Shown here in pieces: positions 24,254 to 38,052 of a stretch of 64,000 nucleotides of DNA. Location: contig OX597814.1 of NCBI GenBank assembly GCA_951406725.2, forward strand, positions 34,038,001 to 34,102,000. Reading direction: 5' to 3'. A program made the position numbers and the translations under genes. The stretch comes from Octopus vulgaris. Its lineage: Eukaryota. Position 1 is the stretch's first letter; each line of letters starts with the position of its first letter. The notes under the pieces are model-generated. The model made no database searches. It had not been told where the DNA came from and saw only the letters and a list, made by a program, of their open reading frames with translations.

Positions 24254-24873
24254 AGATCTTTGTGGTTTTCGTCACTGCATGTCGAAATTTTAAAAAAATA
24301 TTTTTAATGTATCATACAGATCTAATTTTTGAAGCTGAATCTAAATTTGTTATTCATTTATACAAGAAAAATTTTGTGAAAATGTTACAGGTGTTCAAAA
24401 TTTGATAATTTACAGAGTTTTCAACCAATCAGAAAGCAGCGCATTTGCTGCCTCTTCCATCATCTGTCCCAGTAATGTGAAGTGTGAAAAACATTAAAAG
24501 ATTCACAAGTAAATTAAATATTTAAAAGCTACGAACAAACCAACAGGAGTTGCTAGAAATAACAGTCAAAACGCGATAGTTACACTCCTTGTGTGCATGT
24601 GCAGCATCTTTGGTTACTATGAAAACAGTTGTTTGCAGTCGGTATGGAACACATGATGTTCCTTTGCTTTGGTTACTATGGAGACAGAGTTCTTTGTCAC
24701 GGGGATGTGTAAAATACTTGCTTCTGATTGGCTAAAATACCCAAATTTTGCAAATTTTAAAGGCTAATAATTTTTTTAATTATGGGTTTATAGGATAAAT
24801 GAACTTCATTTTTATAATTAGTTTTCAAAACTTAATCCATATACCAAATTTGAAAACAGCTGGAACAAAGATC
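24254..24873. mobile_element. Degenerate long-TIR MITE
   Basis: AGATCTTTG / CAAAGATCT ends and internal inverted CCAATCAGAA / TTCTGATTGG. Confidence 0.55.
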
Positions 24874-26499
24874 TCAGTCAACAATAGGTTTACATTTTAA
24901 GTATGTTTTACAGTTTGAAATGATGTTGCATTATCATAATTGACAAATATGGTTGATTTTCTTTTATGCATGTTCTACAAACTACAAAAAGATTTCTTCT
25001 GCTTATTCAGTCTCTGAATCTCTTTTCAAGCTCTGGCACTCCTATTCTCAAATGTTCACATAGGGGCAGTCACTTAATGTAAATAGACTTTGATATATTT
25101 TGTCTCATAAAGAGATGTTTTACATATTTCTAGAAGATTATTCCACTAGAATGAATGGCCATATTCTACCTATTTTACGTTCAAACTGGCCAGATACAGC
25201 CTTACACACCTACCCTAGAATGCCATTCTAAAACTAAACAATCACATATCAAAATCTGAAAGCTATGAGATTAATTCAAAACAATGTGAATAAACAAGCA
25301 TTACATTTGACAGATAGAGTAACCTGAAGGGTTAAAGTACAAACTTTAGTATTCTTTACACTTAAAAAAAACTGAATTGAAGTCTTTTCTCAATGCAGTT
25401 ACCAATGTCATTACTATTCTTTCAATAGGATTTCTAAGATTTCTTTTATTCAAAGAAATGTAATGATCTAGAGAAAATACATTAGAACAATTTCTCTGAA
25501 AATCAGAAGTGTCTCTTTGTAGATGAGAGCTTTAGAGTCTTTTCTTATATTTTAAGATGTTGCTAAAAATGAAAATGTAATTCCTCTTTGAATGATTGTT
25601 TTAGTTTCTCTGGTTTTAGTTGTTGAATAAAAGGGCTTTAAGAAAAGTGTATTATTGTCAAAGAATCCTAAGAAATATTAGTAGTAAGAAAAAATGGCTT
25701 TAGCCCTTTTGTTACTGTTTTTGTTGACATATAATGCTTTTGTTTTTAAGATAGTGAAGAATTTAGTAAAATAACATTCTCATTATTAAGCTGCAATTCT
25801 GATGAAAGATTATAATTTAGATCACTTTAAAGCAGTAAATTTGTGTCATAGAACCAGGGAGGGGGTTAGTATCAAAAAGGTTAAGGCAACCTGGACTGGG
25901 TCTTTTAACTGCATACTTGATTGTAACAAAGAAGAGAAATTGAAGTCATAATAGAAATGTTTTAACATTAAAGGAGTTATTATGAAATATTTCTATTTTC
26001 ATAAATTCTTTATTTCAGTAATAGCATATACTTTTTTTTTTTCTGTTTGATAGTGTTGTTGCACAAAGAGCAAATGATTTTATTGAAAGCTGAAGTTGGA
26101 TTTGTAACTCTAAATGCCAAAAAGCATGTCTTGTCAGTTCATATAATTTGCAAGTGATTTCAAATATGGCTAAAGACTTATCTTGTGTGCATCTAGCCTT
26201 TTCTAATAAGCAAACTTGCAATCAATCAATGATGAAATGGTATCTATCTAGCAGCTTTATTGGGGATATATACATATATACATATATATCATTTGAGAAA
26301 AAGGATAGGCATAAATAGCTAGAGTTTGTAATTCTAGAAAAAATCAATAACTATTTTTTGTTTTGTTGTAGCTACCAAAAAAGAGTTCAGAGAATGTGAA
26401 AAAGAATGGGATAGCTCAATAAATTACAAATATTTCAATTTTCATTTTAAAATCTCTAGATATACAATATTGATTACACTGCATAAATTAGTTTAAGTA

Positions 26500-26930
26500 G
26501 CCTTATTACTCAAACCCATCTGGGCAGTCAGGGCAGTCTCCACCAAGACCAAAGTGTGCCTCTTCAACAGCATCGTCATACCATCGGAAATGTAGAAGAC
26601 GTCAGCAAAGCTCACATGAAGGCTCAATGTATTTCAGTTATGATGCCTCTGATGGATACTGTGAATATCATACCAGGACCACATCACCAATGACAAGATA
26701 CATTGCTGAACTGATACCTTTCCACTCCATGACATTGTCACTGAGTGCCGCTTGTGATTCGCAGACCGTGTTCTCTGATTACCATTGTCATGGCATATGA
26801 AAACTGCCATTCTGTGGAAGCCACCACATGGCAAGAGAGAACAAGGGTGACCAAAAGTGACTTGGTGCTGCACTGTCATCGATGACCTCAAAGCCATTGA
26901 CATTTCATGGGATGAAGCTGAAATCTCTTG
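26500..26930 (+). mobile_element. RTE-clade LINE 3' coding fragment
   Basis: KPIW..STKTKVCLFNSIVIP..RLNVFQL*CL*WIL*ISYQDHITN..WKPPHGKREQG*PKVTW. Confidence 0.8.
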
Positions 26931-27349
26931 AGTTATAGGGAGGTGTATGTAAGTGGAACTGGGGACTGGATAAGGTGAGTGGGTGGGTAAGTTTATGAGA
27001 TTGGGAAATGGAGGGAAGGTGAGGAATATAGTGAGTAGACACAGGTAGAGAGAGGGAGTGTCTGGAGAATATATTGTGGGGAAGAGATTCAACAGGGACA
27101 TATTAAGTGCTAGTAGGTTCATGAGGAGAATGGGAAAGGAGAGAAATACTACCTCGAACAAGTCCCTTGGGCATTTGAGGAAATCTAATTCCTGCATGTT
27201 CTTAGTGTTTACTTTTCCTCCACAACTGTCACACACACAAACTACTTTCTCTGTTAACCTTCCTGTGATTCCACTCCACTTCTTATGTGTCTGTAGCTTG
27301 CACTAGGACTGGGTACATCATACTAAGTTTCTACTTACATTTTTCTGCA

Positions 27350-27640
27350 TATTGAGCAAGGCCATTTCCATGAAGGGATTAGTATTTGTTTGCTTTCCTG
27401 CTTACTAGTACTTTAGCCTTTGTTAAATTAACTCCAAGGCTTTTTGATTTCAGACCTTGCTTCCATACTTGAGATTTCTTCTCTAATTCTACTTACTATA
27501 GATTCATTTATAATAATAAGGTCATCAACGTAGAAGAGCTCCCTTGGACAACCAGTTTTAAATTCCTGTTATAGCCTGGAGGACTATGATAAATAAGAGA
27601 TGGCTGAAAATCAAAACTTGGTAAAGTCCGACCAGTACAC
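27350..27640 (-). mobile_element. RTE RT-core fragment (similar fragment 31585-31745)
   Basis: EFKTGCPRELFYVDDL motif in both copies. Confidence 0.6.
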
Positions 27641-29459
27641 TAATATATAACAAATATTAAGTATATCTTTGATACTGTAAAAGAATGAGAAAAATAATCT
27701 TAAAATACCTTTTATTTATTGTTATCTAATCTTGAAAGAGATTAAATGCAAATAGTACTTGATATTTTATTCATGTGGTCTACTGATTTTTTTCAACAGA
27801 TTCTATTACAAGATATCTGGGGATGTACATGCATATTTAATATCTTAACATGCTATATTATGTTCCTCTCACAATCATGTATATATGGTTTTGATTGGGA
27901 GAAGTACAATGTGATATCTTAAAATCTTAAAATTTCAATATGCAGAAGCAAACATAGATAAATCAAATAAGGGAGATCCCTCCCTACATAGATAAGTTGC
28001 CACCTAAGTGGAATCAGAGCACATCACAACTCTGACCACCTTCTGGTCTGATTTTTTTCCACAAAGTGAACCATCCAAAATTGCCACGAAGTGTTTTTGG
28101 TTTTAGCCAACCCATGAAGGGCCCTACGTACATCCTTTGAGTTGTAATCTCTCAATCACTTTTAAACTACTTAACATAGTCCTTATCAAACATATATCAT
28201 CTAGAAGCTCTTGGTTATCATATTCTGTCTCTTCAATCAACATATTTACATTGTTTTCTTCTCAAGGTCAACGTTAGATCAAGTAGATCACTGTTTTACT
28301 TTTGAAGCGCTAAATTTCAGGCACTCTTTGAAGGAAGACATCTCTTCATGAAGGGCTTTCATTGTCTTGTTTGCTTTTGTTTGGTTTCATTCTCTTTTTT
28401 CCTTCTTTTCTTGGTGGCTACCCTTCTCCAATCACCATTTGGTCCTAGTTGTCAGAGCACTTTTGGGTGGCATTATTCAATATAGTCTCTTGCTGGTCTC
28501 TTGCTTGAGGAAGAAACTCTCTGGATTTGGTGATGGTGGCACTAAAGATGAGGCAATTTCATTTGTTTTGGCTTCAATCGTTCCTGAAGCTGTGACTGGT
28601 GGTGCTTTACAAACAGTAACAGCGGTGAGCAGATGAAGTAAGACAAAGATTTTAACTCTCTTAGACAGAAAGCCCCTAAATGGCTCTTATTACTCTGTGT
28701 AGCAACTGGGCCTGCACAACCACTCTAATTGATCTTTTTTCTTTTCTTTCAGTTGGGTATAGCTTTAGGATGACCTTGTCTATGGAGGTTATTAGAAGCT
28801 GACTGTCCATACAGAATCTCATCTCATATTGTTACAGGTTCACTCACCATATGTTGCACAAAAGTGGGAATTAGCCAAATGTGGTGTCTGTTCCAACTTC
28901 TCTGGTTGTAATTCTTGTTTCTAAATTCCACATGTATTGTAACACCAACCTGTGAGCAGTCATATGGTGCACCAATTCCTCCTGTTTCCTTGTTTTGTGT
29001 TTACTTTTAAAGACCAGACACATACTTCCATATGTTCTGCTCCAGTCAATAGACTACAATATCTGTCATAAAGCTTCCTTTAACTCTCATTCAGGGGCAT
29101 ACAAAGCCCCCTCTGTCCATTAGTTGAAAAACAGAGGTATATTACCCTCCATATTCTTTCTTTGATAAATTTCTTGAATGAGGAAGTGCAATTTTTTGTG
29201 ACATATCCAATTCACTGATTTTCCTTTTCTTTGGACTAGCTCATATCAAATGATTCACCTTTTTTTCCCCCACAATGGCAACAAATGATGATAGAATGTT
29301 GGTGTTGTTATAATGGTGATAAAATGTTGCTGGTGTTGTTAATGTTATTTGCTTTTATATTTTTTCCAGCTCTAGTTTTTTTTTCATGTTCTTTATTGCT
29401 CATGTGTAAGTTTTAAGTTTTCTATATTTTTGATTAATAGTTTGTCATGTTTGTTTTCC

Positions 29460-29940
29460 TCTGTTAGTGATATATAAAAGGCAGGATGTGTGTGTGTGTG
29501 TACGTGAATGTAATTTATGCACGTCCACAAATTAGCACACATGTCGCTCCAATTTTAGGAGGACATTTGTCATGATCTTAGCTGTATTTTCATCAACTTA
29601 TTTTTCCCAGAGACACCAGTGAATAGCAGTAAAAATAAATTTTCAACCAAAACTTTTAGCAATTTTCAAATTGGAGAAATTACCATTGTTTACAAACAGG
29701 AGTTAAGTCCCCTTCTAGTGACGAGTAAGAATTGATGAGTGGAAAAAAATTGATAAACCAATTTCTTATGGGATTTCCCAATCAAGTTGTCTGCAACTCA
29801 TTTTCAGCCAAAAGTTTACCAATTTCAACAGATTTCACCCAAATTTGACGCCAATGTTACTTAGTTTGGTTTGAAATAAAGAACTTTATTAGCTTAATAA
29901 TCCTAACTTAATCCTGGGCAAAGCCGGGCTATACTGCTAG
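29460..29940 (+). mobile_element. Non-autonomous Helitron-like element
   Basis: 3' GC hairpin CCTGGGCAAAGCCGGG, then CTAG followed by T (29937-29941); 5' TATATAAAAG plus TG microsatellite. Confidence 0.6.
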
Positions 29941-30024
29941 TTACTACTATCAGGAGTATCTCTTCCTGACAATTGTGAAGTTGTTATCTTGCAGTGTGTA
30001 AATATTGCAAATGCCAAAAATATA

Positions 30025-31091
30025 TGAGGGGAAGTCAAAAATTATCCACACTTTAGCCATAACATATCTTTATTATTGTCATACTGCCTTCTGTGCATGT
30101 GTGCTTACAGTTGATACTATTGTGGTCACATGATTGAAATTTGAGCCTGATCACACCATTTACCTACTGGCCTTACAGTGTAAGCATGGCCACTCCACTA
30201 GCAATGTGTGCCAAAGAAGAACAAAGAGCAGCGATCCGATTTCTCTGGCTGGAAGGTGTGTCAGGTGCTGAAATTCATTGGAGGCTTTTAGCACAATATG
30301 AGAACAGTGCACTACCACATAGAAGTGTGTATGAGTAAATTGAGAAGTTTAAAAGTGGCTGGACAAGCATTATGCGTGAAGCGGGAGCAAGACACCCATT
30401 GACCTCCACCACTGATGAGAAGATTCAGCAAGCTCAAGAGATGGTAATGGGGAACTGGTGAGTTATCATTGATGGGAGAGCTCATTCTCCTCAGATTAGT
30501 CATGGTTCTGCCTGTCAAATCATCCATGATGAGCTTGGCTTCCATAAAGTCTGTGCTAGATGGGGGCCAAGAGAGCTTGCTACAGAGCTCAAATACAAAC
30601 ATCTTGAGGTCTGCCAACTTGATTGCTACAACAGTGCTTTGTTGGGCAACAAACTGAAGCTAGCAATTCACACCAAACACCAAAGCCTATTGTCGAAGAA
30701 AGTTTTGTTGCTGCATGACAATGCACATCCACACACGGCTGCCCAGAGCATTGAAACCATTAATCAGTTGGGTTTTGAGGTGCTGGAACATCCTGCCTAC
30801 AGCCCAGATCTTGCCCCTTCCGAATATCATATCTTTGGACTGCTCAAAGATGGTCTCTGAAGTCGTCTATTTCCTACGGATGAAGATGTGAAGGAAGTGG
30901 TGCATAAATGGTTGCATGACTATCTGAAAACTTTCTTCTTGGAGGGAATACACAAGCTTGTGGACTGCTGGACCAAGTGTATCAAAAAGGAAGGTGACAA
31001 TATTGAAAAAAATGATGTACTTGTTTATCTCTTGCTTTTGTGTAAATACATTGAAAAACCAAAAGTGTTTATAATTTTTGACTCTCCCTCA
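30025..31091 (+). mobile_element. Mariner transposon, internally deleted and inactive
   Basis: 30-bp TIRs TGAGGGGAAGTCAAAAATTAT..ACACTTT / AAAGTGT..ATAATTTTTGACTCTCCCTCA, TA on both sides. Transposase pieces EQRAAIRFL, LLHDNAHPH, HPAYSPDLAPSEY; the first-Asp region is missing near 30620. Confidence 0.93.
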
Positions 31092-32689
31092 TATAATAGT
31101 TGTAAAAGAATGTTTGAAATAATCCTTTTCTGTACTCTAAGGCAATGGGATAAACATCCAGTTGTTCTGAAGTTCCGTGCTGGTAATAGAAACCAAAGAA
31201 ACTTCCTTCTTGTATGTTAATCTTAGGAAAAAAAACTGTTGGGTTGGTTGATTAATTCAACCCTAGGACTTGGCTGATACTATATTTTATCAATCCTGGA
31301 GGTAATGAAAACAAAGCTGACCTCAGAAGAATTCAAACTCGGGCTGTAAAATACTGGAACAAATACTGTGAGCCATTTTGTGTAGCATTCTAATAATTAT
31401 GACAATCTAATAATAAGACTTGGGAGGGAACCAGTCAATTTTATCCACCCCAGTGCTTGACTGATATTTATTTTATTGATCCTGAAAGGATGAAAGGCAA
31501 AGTCAACCTCTGAAGAATTTGAACTCAGAATGTAAACATAGCATTTTGTCTAGTGTACTAGCAATTCTGCCAACTTGCCTTGATTCCATACCTTGCTTCT
31601 ACACATGAGATTTCTTTAATTCTACTATAGATTTATCTTTAAGAACAAGGTCATCAACATAGAAGAGTTCCCTTGGACAATCAGTTTTAAATTCCTCTGT
31701 TATGGTCTGGAGAACTATGATAGATTAGAGGTGGCTGAGAATCAGACATAACAAATATAAATTTCTATTTGCTACAAAGGAAACAACAAAAACGTTTGGA
31801 AAACAATGATAGATTTCTATATTTTTTTTTTTTGCTTTTGTAGTATCATACAGATTAGAAATATGTACTGAGATTCACACACACAGACAGAATTTTACTA
31901 AATGAGATATGTTGTACAATTAATCTTATCAGTTCTTTTAATTATTTATCTCAGTCGTAATGTGTGTGTGTATATTAATATTATCTTGTTTGTTTTTTTT
32001 TAAATTTTCCACTTAATACAATTTTAATCTGTAATTATGACACTTCCAGCTTTTGTGCAGTTACTCAGCATACTAGAAATGGCAGCCAAATCTCCTGCAA
32101 CTCACGCTTTATGATTTAAAATAGGGTGGAATACATTAAACAATAAATCTATGATACAAAAAACCTTGATCATAGCTAGCCCAGGGGCTTAGCTACATTA
32201 ACAATTATTGAGGCACTGTAGGTAGTCTTTGAAATGTGTTTTTATCACTACCAAATTCACTTCATTAACTTGTGAAATCAGATGAATACAGGTGTGTGTG
32301 TGTATTAACTGAATGACAATGTAACAAGAATTACGTAATCAACTTTATTAGCTTATAGTGTTTCTGCTATAAGAAACAGGGCATTCAGTGCAGGGTACTT
32401 GTATGATTTCACTTGTATTTTCTTCAAATTTGTTGTTGATAATCTTCACACTCAGGCAGATGACATCTCTCAGTAATTTCCTCTCTAAAATACTTTAAAG
32501 TATTTCTGATACTTTTCTTGTCCACCATATTAATGCTATTCAGTTAGAATGGAGCAGTACTGATTCTGATATTTTTAACCAGGCACAATTTTATTCCTTC
32601 TAAGGAGAAGTGATGTGTGAAAAAGGGAAGCCACCATGGTATAATAATGGTATTTCTTTTATTGGCTGAGTGGAAAATATAAATTAAGA

Positions 32690-33050
32690 TCATCATCATT
32701 TAGTGTCTGTTGTCCATGCTGTCATGGTTTGGATGGTTTGACCAGGGCTGGCAAGCTGGAAGGCAGCACCAGCCTCTAGTCAGATTTTGCATGGTTTTTA
32801 TGGCTGGATGCCCTTAATAATGCCAACCACTCTGAGAGTGTAATGGGTACTTTTATGTGACACCAGTATCTGCCATGACTATGATTTTATTTGGCTTGAT
32901 GGGTCTTCTCAAGCATGACAATGCCGAAGGTCTCGGTCATTGCCTCCGCAAGGCCCTACACTCGAAAGGAGCTTTTTACATACCGCTGCTGTCATCCACT
33001 TTGCCTCCTTGAGGCTTAACACTTGAAAGATGCTTTTTTACATGCCACTG
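32690..33050 (-). mobile_element. RTE 3' tail fragment (others about 44115-44480, 44633-44830, 55430-55640 on -; 53385-53610 on +)
   Basis: (CAT)n plus CCATGCT..CATGG.TTGGATGG...GGCTGGATGCCCTT signature. Confidence 0.65.
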
Positions 33051-34813
33051 TACTCTGCTTGTGAACTTCTTTGTGTTCTAGATCCTTGAAGCTACAAAAA
33101 TAATTATGATGGTATCATAAACCTTCCATTCCATTATAAGTTATTTTAAATCAAAGTACAGCATGTTAGTATTCCGAGTTAGATAAATGAATAATGAGTG
33201 GTTAAAATACAGAAATTTTTTAGCTTAGCTGGTCATTTCACTTGGTATAATAGTGTCATCAATTTTACTAAAATTTGAACTCACAATTTAAATAGTTGAA
33301 ATGAAACCAAATAGTGTTAGACATTTAATCTAGTATTTTACCATTTCTCTCCATCACAAGGTTGCTAAGATTCAAATGTTGAGCTTTGATTGTAATTAAT
33401 TCCAAATAAACAATTTTAATAATCATATAACTTCTTCATTTCATACTAGTGTAAATAATACCCAAATACTAAATGTTTAATTATTCTACATAGATTTTGA
33501 TAAATAATATGAATCATGGGTAATTAACCTAATGCCACCAATTATATAGAACTGTGTAATAGCCTGATGTTATTGGCACTCTTGACTTGACACCTGAACA
33601 GTTTAGCAGGCTATACAATTTACTAAACCACTATGCTGAAACACTGTTTAACAAAAGGTAAAAATGCTCATTATTTGTGATATAAGAATGAGAACCAGAA
33701 TCAGATGATAAATATGCATTAAGGTAAGCATAATATTTTTAACTGACATTGTGCGACTTCAATAAATATCAACAAATTATAGTAATTTAACTATTTCATA
33801 GATAAAAAAGGGGCATTTTTCTGTTCATGGAAAAATTATAATTTTTACATTTGTCAAAGTCTCACAGTGTCATTTACAAATATTATTTTTACCTCAATGT
33901 GTATTTATAATTGTCCATACATATTGTTTAGTACATTAACAATCACGGTTAGGTCATATATAGTTTTGTGTTTAATTTTTGAGTATATTCACACACTCCT
34001 AGGATATCCATCACTAGTGATCTCTCAATTTTGAAGATTTTGTTGAAAGCAACATTGTTACTATTAACATCAACAAAACCATTGTCTATTGTCCGATGTG
34101 AGGACCTTCTAGTAACTTTGTGAGCTTTATTTCTCTGAGCTTACTTGAACTGAAAGTTTTCTGTCAGACCGCTCAATCAAAGTGTGTTCTATGAAGTCTG
34201 GCCGGTTTCAGGACTCATTTATACCTTCTATGCTTTTTCTCCTCTATATTAACTTCTCTCAACTTCCTGCACTGCACAGTACTGTATTACCCAACCAATC
34301 TTGGAATACACAATATCACAAAAATCGTACTAACCTTGTTTACATTCATTTTGAAGGATGTGAAGAATTCTTAAATTTAAGGGAGAAAATTTTAATTTCC
34401 TCTATAATTTATCTGTTCTGTAACAGAATGATTATGGGACTAGGTTTTTGACTTTTAAAATTGATTTGTTAAGAATTAATAACATTTCCCTTGTTATTTA
34501 TATTGGTACATACTGTTATACAGGTCATGCCACTCATCACTCATTGATAAGCTTTTGTGTACATATGTGTATTTCATTTCTTCCATGAACTGAGGTCAGG
34601 GAAACATCTACTAGTTCAAAAATGACAACTTAGTCTTTATTAACAACACCAAGACACACACTACTACTAGGCATCACAGAAACAGTCTAGCAACACTATG
34701 CTCTCCCTACTGATGAGTAACTTGCACTTAAGTGTTTTGCTTTATACAAATGATGTGTGCGTGTGTTTGTTTAGGTGCAAGGGTGATTGTGTGGTAAGAA
34801 GTTTGGTCCCCAA

Positions 34814-35018
34814 GGCGGCAAGCTGGCAGAAACGTTAACACGCTGGACAAAATGCTTAGTGGTGTTTCGTCTGCTGTTACGTTCTGAGTTCAAATTCCGC
34901 CTTTCATCCTTTTGGGGTCAATAAATTAAGTACCAGCTATGCACTAGGGTCGATGTAATCGACTTAATTCCTTTGTCTGTCCCCTCTATGTTTAGCCCCT
35001 TGTGGGCAATAAAGAAAT
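34814..35018 (+). mobile_element. SINE family B nested in the head of a family A SINE
   Basis: 18-bp TSD AAGAAGTTTGGTCCCCAA (34796-34813) / AAGAAGTTTGCTTCCCAA (35019-35036). Confidence 0.85.
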
Positions 35019-35180
35019 AAGAAGTTTGCTTCCCAACCTCATGATTTTGAGTTCAGTCCCACTGTGTAGCACTTTGAGCAACTATCTTCTACTATAGTCC
35101 TGGGCTGACTGACCAAAGCATTGTGAGTAGATTTGGTAAGCAGAAATTGAAACCCATCACATATATATATATATAATATA

Positions 35181-36330
35181 TCATCATCATTATCATCATC
35201 ATCATTTAATGTCTGCTTTCCATGCTGGCATGGGTTGGATGGTTTGACTGAGACCTGGCAAGCCAGTGGGCTGCAACAGGCTCCAATTTGATCTGGCAAT
35301 GTTTCTACAGCTGGATGCCCTTCCTAATGCCAACCACCTCAAGAGTATAGTGGCTGCTTTTTATGTGCCACTGGCACGGGAGCCAGTCAGAGGGCACTGG
35401 CATCGACCACGTTCAGATGGTGCATCTTACATGCCACTGGCACAGGAGCCAACCAGGGGGCACTGGCATCAACCATGTTCAGATGGTGCATTTTACATGC
35501 CACTGGCACAGGAGCCAGCTAGGGGGCACTGGCATCGACCAATTTTGGATGGTGCTTTTTACGTTCCACTGGCATGGGAGCCAGGCAGGGGGCACTGGTC
35601 TTGGCTATGTTTTCAATTTTACTTGACTCAACAGGTCTTCTCGAGCATATTATATCATCTGACTCTTCAAGGGTACTTTTAAATGGGCCAGTCATGCAGC
35701 ACTAGTATTGGCTATGGCTGCAATCTCACTTTACTTGCTAGATCTTCTCAATCACAGCATATCTCCAAAGGTCTTGGTCTCTTGTCATTGCCTCTGTGAG
35801 GCTCAACGTTCAAGGGTCATGCTTCACCACCTCATCTCATGTCTTCCTGGGTCTACCTCTTCCACAGGTTTTTCCCACTGTTAGGATGTGTCACTTTCTC
35901 ATGCAGCTGTCCTCATCCATACGTAACACATGACCATACTGGCACAGTCATCTCTCTTGCACACCACATTTGATACTTCTTATGTCCAACATTTCTCTAT
36001 ACATACTGATATTACACATCCAACAGATCATACTAGCTTCATTTCTTTCAAGCCTATGCATGTCCTCAGCAATCATGGCCTATGTTTCACTGCTGTGTAG
36101 CATTGCAGTTCGCACACATGCATCATACAGTCTGCCTTTTACTCTGAGTGAGAAGCTCTTAGTTGCTAGAAGAGGTAGAAGCTCTCTGAGCTTTGCCCAT
36201 ACTATTCTTATTCTAACAGCTACTCTCAGAGCATCCACCCCCACTACAGACTTGGTTGCCTAGGTAGCAGAAGCTATCATCTACTTCTAGTTTTTCCCCC
36301 TGGTATGTGACGGAATCTATTTTCTGTAAT
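35181..36330 (-). mobile_element. RTE LINE 3' portion with 66-bp tandem repeat in the 3' UTR
   Basis: Minus strand RVKGRLYDACVRTAMLHSSET, GRGRPRKT; (GAT)n tail; 66-bp units starting 35361, 35427, 35493, 35559. Confidence 0.85.
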
Positions 36331-36514
36331 TAAATATATCTCTGGTCATAGAGTGACCAATGGTTTTACATCCATAAAGCTAAGGGGTTTATGGATGTGA
36401 ACCCCTTAGCTTTATGGATGTGAAACTATTGGTCACTTTATGACCAAACATATTTAACTGCATGTAAATACATTACTGGTTTATCCTTTGGAGTGTGCTG
36501 ATGATATATATATT

Positions 36515-36897
36515 ATTCTTTTACTTGTTTCAGTCATTTGACTGTGGCCATGCTGGAGCACCGCCTTTAGTCGAGCAAATCAACCCCAGGACTTATTCTT
36601 TGTAAGCCTAGTACTTATTCTATTGGTCTCTTTTGCCGAACCACTAAGTTACTGGGACGGAAACACACCAGCATCGGTTTTCAAGTGATGTTGGGGGGAC
36701 AAACACATACTTACACATATATATACATATATACAACAGGCTTCTTTCAGTTTCCAACTACTAAATTCACTCACAAGGCTTTGGTCGGCCCGAGGGCTAT
36801 AGTTGAAGACACTTGCCCAAAGTTCCACGCTGTGGGAATGAACCCGGAACCATGTGGTTGGTAAGCAAGCTACTTAGCAAACAGCCACTCCTGTCCC
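36515..36897 (-). mobile_element. SINE family A, full length (similar copy 58683-59028)
   Basis: Reverse complement of the 3422-3842 element. Confidence 0.85.
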
Positions 36898-37195
36898 TAT
36901 ATATATATATATATGTGTTACTATCTCCTTGTCTTGAATTTGCATGATAGTTGTAGACAGGTGACAGCTGCAGAAAAATCTGCCTCAGTAAGTTCCGCCT
37001 GATCCATGTCAGTATGGAAAAGTGGACATTAAAAAAAATGTTTATATTTTTGAGATTACATTATGGAGATTAACTATGATCAATGCAGTTATCTTACAAA
37101 TGACATCAAAACCATGTTCTTGCTTCTATTTATAAAGTTACTGAGGCTAAAATACAGGATTGGTTTGCTTTGCTCCATATTGATTATGTGTTCTT

Positions 37196-37730
37196 AGTTA
37201 GTTAGTTAGTTAGTTAATTTTTTGGCTCAAAAAGCAAAAAGCAAGGCCATGTAGGGGGACATGGAGTTATGTACAGGGTGGCATTCATGTAAAGAGTTCA
37301 GGCCACTTGTGGTCAAGGGAGACTTTGAACCGAGCGGTCGTCGGCATCTTCACTATCTCTTTTGGCAGCTTATTCCACGGATCTGCAACCCGGACGGAGA
37401 AAGCCCCTCTCCTTCAATTGAGATGAAATCGTCGCAGATAGAGCTTTTCGGAGTGACTCCACAGCCGACGCTCTGGAGCAGGAGTGAAGAACGGCTCTTT
37501 CGAGAGGTTACACTTTCCGCTTATGATGTTGTGAGCAAGAATGAGATCATCACGGCGTTGTCGTGTTTCTAGAGAATAAAGGTCGAATGTCTTCAGCCTT
37601 TCTTCATAAGACAAATGCTTGAGACCAAGAACCATGCGGGTAGCCAGCTTCTGGACTCTTTCGAGATGCTGTGTGTCTTTGAGGAGATAAGGAGAAGAGG
37701 CTTGAATCCCGTACTCCAATATGGGTCTGT
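37196..37730 (-). mobile_element. CR1-clade LINE 3' end, relatively young
   Basis: RPILEYGIQASSPY..LERVQKLATRMV.GLKHLSYEERL..LYSLE.R..R.DLI..FSVRVADPWNKLP; (CTAA)n tail; CpGs retained. Confidence 0.92.
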
Positions 37731-38052
37731 TCTTACAACAGAATTTTTTGAGTTTCAAAAGCATTTCAAATTTGAATGAATAGTGTAAAGTTTTAGGGCC
37801 TAAAAGTCTATGCTGTAAAGATTGAAGTGTTTGTTAGTTATGGAGAACACAATACATTGTTTCATCTTTGAAGTGGTCTTGCACAATATGTGGAAACAGA
37901 GAAAATAGCTTAATACTTTGTCCTCAAAGTGCAAATAATGCATGCATAAAAGATGTCCTGGAATTCGTAAGTTTAGCAGAGTATCAGGGTTTCAGATGTG
38001 TTAGATAGACTGGTTAGCAGTAAAAGTACTCATGAAATAAAGTTCGTTAACT

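Noticed and set aside
28000-29200. Possible LINE ORF1 zinc-knuckle remnant on - strand and ORF 28367-28636
   Set aside because: Only a broken C..H..C pattern is visible; too weak to call without a search.
30187-31010. Active or domesticated mariner transposase
   Set aside because: Stops, frameshifts and a deletion removing the first catalytic Asp region.
34700-34745. CTGATGAG hammerhead seed
   Set aside because: No downstream GAAA or pairing helices.
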